Below, piece after piece: positions 32,897-37,342 of a stretch of DNA of 37,342 nucleotides (position 1 is the first letter of the stretch; each line of letters begins with the position of its first letter). A program made the translations under genes and the position numbers. Source of the stretch: Sanchytrium tribonematis. Taxonomy: Eukaryota. Location of the stretch: assembly GCA_018985235.1 (NCBI GenBank), contig JADGIG010000029.1, positions 1 to 37,342 on the forward strand. Direction: 5' to 3'. The notes beneath the pieces are model-generated. The model was not told the origin of the DNA and did not search any database. It saw nothing but the letters and a program-made list of their open reading frames with translations.

Positions 32897-35021
32897 TTAA
32901 TGCAACAAGTCTGTATTATAATAAAAAAGCAAATATGCCAAATTCTTGTCAGCTTCTGGATCTTCCAAGACATGGTCGTCATTTAAAAGAATCCATTTGT
33001 CTTCGAAGCGTCGATGACAAACATAGTGTCCGCTGTGCTGGCTAGGACCTTTGTGTGATACAAAACTAATAAGCTTATATTTGGTAGATTTTGGAGCAGG
33101 AAGTGCCAAAGGCTCTGTTGTAGTAGAATTAGACGAAGGCGATGGTTTAGTTGCCTCTTCAAATGGTGCATCTGGGATGTTTCCTTCTAAGCAAAGATTC
33201 ACAGCAAGTTCAATATTATTATCCTAAATGAGGAGAAAGTACGGTCATAGATAATGCATGCTTTGCTTGATTGACAGTAAATCCCATAGAAGTAATCATT
33301 TCCACACCATTTGGATCAAATGCATTCTGAGAGACTTGCTCATTGTCTTGCGGGACACTGCCATCAAAAATCATTTGAATTGCACGCTCTACATCACCAC
33401 CAGTTGCTTTTAAAGCGCGTTTTGCCATTTCGGCATCTAGTCCCATATCAACAATCATTTGTATCTTGGAAACGTCGACATCAGGCTTTGACGAATCAGC
33501 CATTTTATATTCAAATGGTTTAAACACAAGACTTTCCTTTTTAACAATAAACTGACTCAGATCTAATTCTAATGGTGCATCGACTGGGTATAAAGCCTTG
33601 TTTCCATTTGAATCATATTTGTTCATCTGAAATACTAAAAGGTATGGAAGTTGAATAAATCTAGTTTGTCTCTTAACATTCAAAACAGTATCTGTTTGTA
33701 TTGTCATTGATTCATTCCAACAATCTTGCAACAGATTTTCAAAGTTTTGCTCGTTTTTAACTAAAAGTGATAGCGTTCCAGTGTTGCTAGATATCATGCT
33801 TGTTTTAATTGACGCAGAACCAGTATCAAAAATACTTTCAGCAATATGACATTGCGTTAAATTTTTCAAGTTAGTTGTAACATCGAATGGATTTTTCATA
33901 TCATGAAGATCTTCGATCAAAAGCAAAAAGAATTCTTGAGCATCTTGTTGATACATGTTGTTGAAATCTTTGTGTTTTTGAGCAAATAATTTTTTCAAAT
34001 ATACCACGTTCAAGCCGATCATATCTGTGGATGATTCTTGTTTAAATTCCTCAGATTTCCCTTTTATTAGTGACTTACTAATAGGTGTATCTAAATAGAA
34101 TGTATCGAGTTGATGAACCACTTGCTGCAAAAATCGTGTGGTAATGGAATTTTCAATCAATAGTAATTGATCCATTTCTTGCTTAAATTGGATTACCATA
34201 TCCATATTCAAATTTTTAATCTTTGAAGTAAAAAGTGGATTCAATGCCTGCAAAACACTATTTAAATAGCAAGTGTTACCAATATTCTGAATACCGATAT
34301 AACCAACTCTTTTAAAGGGTGTACCGTTTATGTTAAATTGCATTGACATATTTTGATCCAGTTCGATTTCAAATAACGTCTTTTCAGTTTTCTGGTTTGC
34401 TAGAAAGTACTGCAAGTCATATTTGTTATGGTCAAAAATGTTCTGAATCACATCGAATAGTAGCTTAAATTCAATCATGTCATCGCATTTGTAGCAATAA
34501 ACGTCATAGTCTGTTGTACTCAAAGAAGTTAATTTTACGACGACGCTATGCTGAGTGGACTCATAATGCTGAAGCATATGCGAATTACCTTTAATTCCAA
34601 CTTGATTTCTACCACAAGCGACATATGCGCATTCTAAGCACATCCATAAATTGCTGTCGAGTTCACACTGAAGGCAGTTAATCTTCTTTTCGGTGACTCG
34701 AAAAGGTACACAATTGGCCAAGGGTTTTGCGTGACTGCAATTGGACTTTTTCTCGCTCTTTTTGAATTCAAGCAAGTCATCCTGCTTTTCAACAACTTTT
34801 GTAATTTTATGATTCACCAGATAATTATGCAAGATATAATTTCCTGAGTGTAGCTGTAGAATTTCGTTAAAACGAGATGATGGATCTTCATTTTGTAGGA
34901 TTTGCTCGATTTGATGAAGCTCAGGATGATTCAATATAAAGTGGGAATGACACAGACTATGTTTATCGTTGTGAAATATGGGTTTTTTATAGCAAAAGAA
35001 ACAAACGGAATTTTGCCTCAT
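32897..35021 (-). CDS. UBP14: Ubiquitin C-terminal hydrolase USP5/Ubp14 (isopeptidase T); join(35021..33243,33223..32897), 701 aa
   Basis: ZnF-UBP (NLWMCLEC..CGR..GNSH), Cys box NIGNTCYLNSVLQ, QQDAQEF, two UBA domains, His box HKGPSQHSGHYV. Confidence 0.9.
33224..33242 (-). other. 19-nt spliceosomal intron
   Basis: GTACTTTCTCCTCATTTAG. Removal completes UBA2 (ALSMT-DNNIELAVN) and attaches the His box. Confidence 0.95.
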
Positions 35022-35352
35022 TGTGTCAAAAATTAAATTTGGAATCTGATAAAACAAAATTTAAGCTTCAAATGAGAAATTAGACTTCGAATAGCCATAT
35101 AGTTTGCCGAAACATCTTGTTCATTAATTTCCTCTTAAAGATGAAATCTCTAGGTTTAATTGAACACTGCAATTTAAATTTATTAAAAGCGAACGATGCC
35201 TGTATACGCTTCATTTTAGATCATGTTATTAGCCAATAATGCATGGCCTAAGCATTAATAATATTTCTTATAATTTTTAAAATTTTCTTATCATGCGTTG
35301 TGCGGATTCTTGCTTGTAACAATCCACTCTCCTTGTAACCTTTTCTTGTCAA

Positions 35353-36684
35353 ATGTGTGGTGATACCAGCAAAAATATTAATATAAATAAAAAGCAAAGA
35401 AAAGAATGGGTCAGGCACATCTATCCCAAAACACTTCCTGAAGTATTTGTGCGAGACAGAGCAGATACAGTGGAATCCATGACAAAACAATTACGTGACA
35501 GTGATTACATTCTAGCCTCTGGTAGAGCATCACAAGAATACTACTTTGAAAATACCATCAACCCGTTCTTCCACTCACGACTCATTACCATGGCTGCCAA
35601 ATGTGAAAGTAATGATGAGAATTTGATTGGAAGGGCTTTGAAAGCAAGGCTTGGAGTTGTTCATGAGTTCAACGACTTTGAGCAATTACTAGAGAAGAGA
35701 AATGAACTTTTAAAGGGTCCGCATAAATATCATCATAGGATTACAGCCTCGGAAACAATTAAGCAAATTGAAATTTTATTGCAATATCAAGTGATGTATT
35801 CTGAGGATACTTTTACAGAGTCTCTTTTCAATCTGTCAAGCCGATTTTTAAAAGCTGCTTTACACAATTGCAAGTATTCCCATAGATTCGATATTCCTAA
35901 AAGTGACATTTTAGGAACGATTGAAAATTTGATTTTATTATTTATTGATGGGCAAATAGGATATGATCTGAATGAAAAAGACTTACCGATCAAACCTCAA
36001 ATATTGAGGATAAAGAGTAACTATGAAATATTTACTTTAGAGAAATATGACAATGTCATCAGAATAACTATTGATTCTATTTCATCTTTAATGTCTCAAT
36101 TTAAAATGGACGAGAAGAAAAGCTGTGAATTGTCACCCTTTCCAAATTACAACGATATAATTCAAATGAATTCTCAACAAATGAATCAGGTCCTGATTAA
36201 ATATCAAGATGGACAAGACTACCTTGGTTATATTAAACTTGTATCTAAGGCATTTTACAAAAGATATCTTGAGGTGAGCGCGGATCCCGACATCTTCATG
36301 GCTGATCTCGAATTGATGTTGATTTACCATCCAGCGACGTACGTCCATTTTACAGATTTAATAACATTGAATCCAGAGTGCAAAAATAACCCTATCTTCA
36401 AAGAAGTTGGGTTGAAAATGCTTGTATCTTACACAGGGTATTTGTATTCTGGTATTACTACCACTCAAATAATTTGCATTTGTCATTATTTTTATCATGT
36501 GGATATGGGAACAGAAGATTTAGAAATGTTAGAATTGTTTTTAAATGAACACGAGCTCGCCGAGCATCCTATAATCAGAGCATACATGATTCAATTTGGA
36601 TTTTCAATACTGGAAAAAAGTGCAAACTCAGAAGACGATGATGTTTGGATGTTGAATGACATTAAAGAAATACTCCAAGAATAA
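35353..36684 (+). CDS. Hypothetical protein (443 aa)
   Basis: Long ORF whose stop is fused with AATAAA. No family recognised. Start uncertain. Confidence 0.7.
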   Translation: MCGDTSKNININKKQRKEWVRHIYPKTLPEVFVRDRADTVESMTKQLRDSDYILASGRASQEYYFENTINPFFHSRLITMAAKCESNDENLIGRALKARLGVVHEFNDFEQLLEKRNELLKGPHKYHHRITASETIKQIEILLQYQVMYSEDTFTESLFNLSSRFLKAALHNCKYSHRFDIPKSDILGTIENLILLFIDGQIGYDLNEKDLPIKPQILRIKSNYEIFTLEKYDNVIRITIDSISSLMSQFKMDEKKSCELSPFPNYNDIIQMNSQQMNQVLIKYQDGQDYLGYIKLVSKAFYKRYLEVSADPDIFMADLELMLIYHPATYVHFTDLITLNPECKNNPIFKEVGLKMLVSYTGYLYSGITTTQIICICHYFYHVDMGTEDLEMLELFLNEHELAEHPIIRAYMIQFGFSILEKSANSEDDDVWMLNDIKEILQE

Positions 36685-36794
36685 ATTTTAGTTTAAACTC
36701 AAACCCCATCGACTAATATTGCGATTTGGCACCGTTTCTGACAGTAGGAGGACACTTTCTAACCATAAATTAGTCAACGCCTGATTGTATTTAT

Positions 36795-37292
36795 TTAAAT
36801 TAAAGACCAAAGAAAAATGGATAGAGCAGCTAGTGATTGAATTGTATTACCAGTTCCAAATACCGTGCTACTTTTTCCATTTAAAGGTTCTCTCAAGTTA
36901 TAGTCCGGCGCAGTTGTGGCACATTTGTATTTGTTTAAGCAATCAGATTTACAGGCTTGTTCATTTGCCTTACCACCACAATTCTGAGAACACCTAGTTT
37001 TGACTTCACTACACTCAAAATATAAAATTGTATCTGTAAACATGAGAAGCTTCGGTTCAATCTTGTCTCCGCAAATGCATTTATAGTTGAGAGTATCTGC
37101 ATCACATGAATTAGTAATTGGTTCCGGGGTATCAGAAGAGTAACAAACCATTTTACAAGCGTAGACTTGTCTCCCACACCACGATGCTTTTAGGGATACA
37201 TCTATTGATTTGGTATAATTAACATCCCAGTCAGCAACCGTTTCTACATTTTGAGCAAACACGATAACAAAAGTTAATAATAAAATGAACAT
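36795..37292 (-). CDS. Cys-rich secreted, probably GPI-anchored protein of a fungal family
   Basis: Signal peptide, WC..Q...C...C..NSCD..TLNYKCIC..TILYFEC..C..C pattern, Ser/Thr/Gly spacer and hydrophobic C-terminus. Confidence 0.75.
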   Translation of the reverse strand: MFILLLTFVIVFAQNVETVADWDVNYTKSIDVSLKASWCGRQVYACKMVCYSSDTPEPITNSCDADTLNYKCICGDKIEPKLLMFTDTILYFECSEVKTRCSQNCGGKANEQACKSDCLNKYKCATTAPDYNLREPLNGKSSTVFGTGNTIQSLAALSIFLWSLI

Positions 37293-37342
37293 GTGCCGTT
37301 TGAAGGAAAATACGTTCAAAAGTTTGATTCATTTCTAATTAA

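Noticed and set aside
15061..33242. ORF breaks as pseudogenes, programmed frameshifts or stop-codon reassignment
   Set aside because: Each break changes frame and is exactly repaired by a 19-nt GT-AG segment with a shared consensus. TAA, TAG and TGA all end conserved proteins at expected places.
4112..37177. Numerous 60-120 aa ORFs nested in or antisense to larger genes
   Set aside because: They overlap well-supported genes, often use non-ATG starts and carry no motifs.
1..37342. Prokaryotic features (operons, CRISPR, defence systems), rRNA or tRNA genes
   Set aside because: Content is eukaryotic with spliceosomal introns. No repeat-spacer array, cloverleaf or rRNA-like stretch was seen.

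Overview
Very compact, AT-rich eukaryotic nuclear DNA using the standard code (TAA, TAG and TGA all act as stops). It holds about 27 protein genes, often only 4-60 nt apart. The gene set looks fungal (two CAP10/CXT1-type GT90s, a fungal-type Cys-rich GPI protein, a 7TM-RGS) but also includes an RSU1 orthologue and a SAXO-like microtubule repeat protein. This suggests a reduced, early-diverging zoosporic fungus or relative (inference; sanchytrid-like is a guess). The main result is a miniature splicing system. Seven ORF breaks are each repaired by a GT-AG intron of exactly 19 nt with consensus GTA-N8-TNAYNTAG (branch A fixed at -6). The single long intron (137 nt, in 14-3-3) has the same -6 branch geometry and folds almost entirely into one ~110-nt hairpin, leaving ~27 nt outside the stem. 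Other points of interest: AATAAA fused to stop codons, ~10-aa signal peptides, a CyaB-type GAF-GAF-PAS adenylyl cyclase, an integrin-alpha-like FG-GAP membrane protein near RSU1, and a 2.9-kb stretch of transposon debris at the left end. All family calls come from motif recognition, not database searches.
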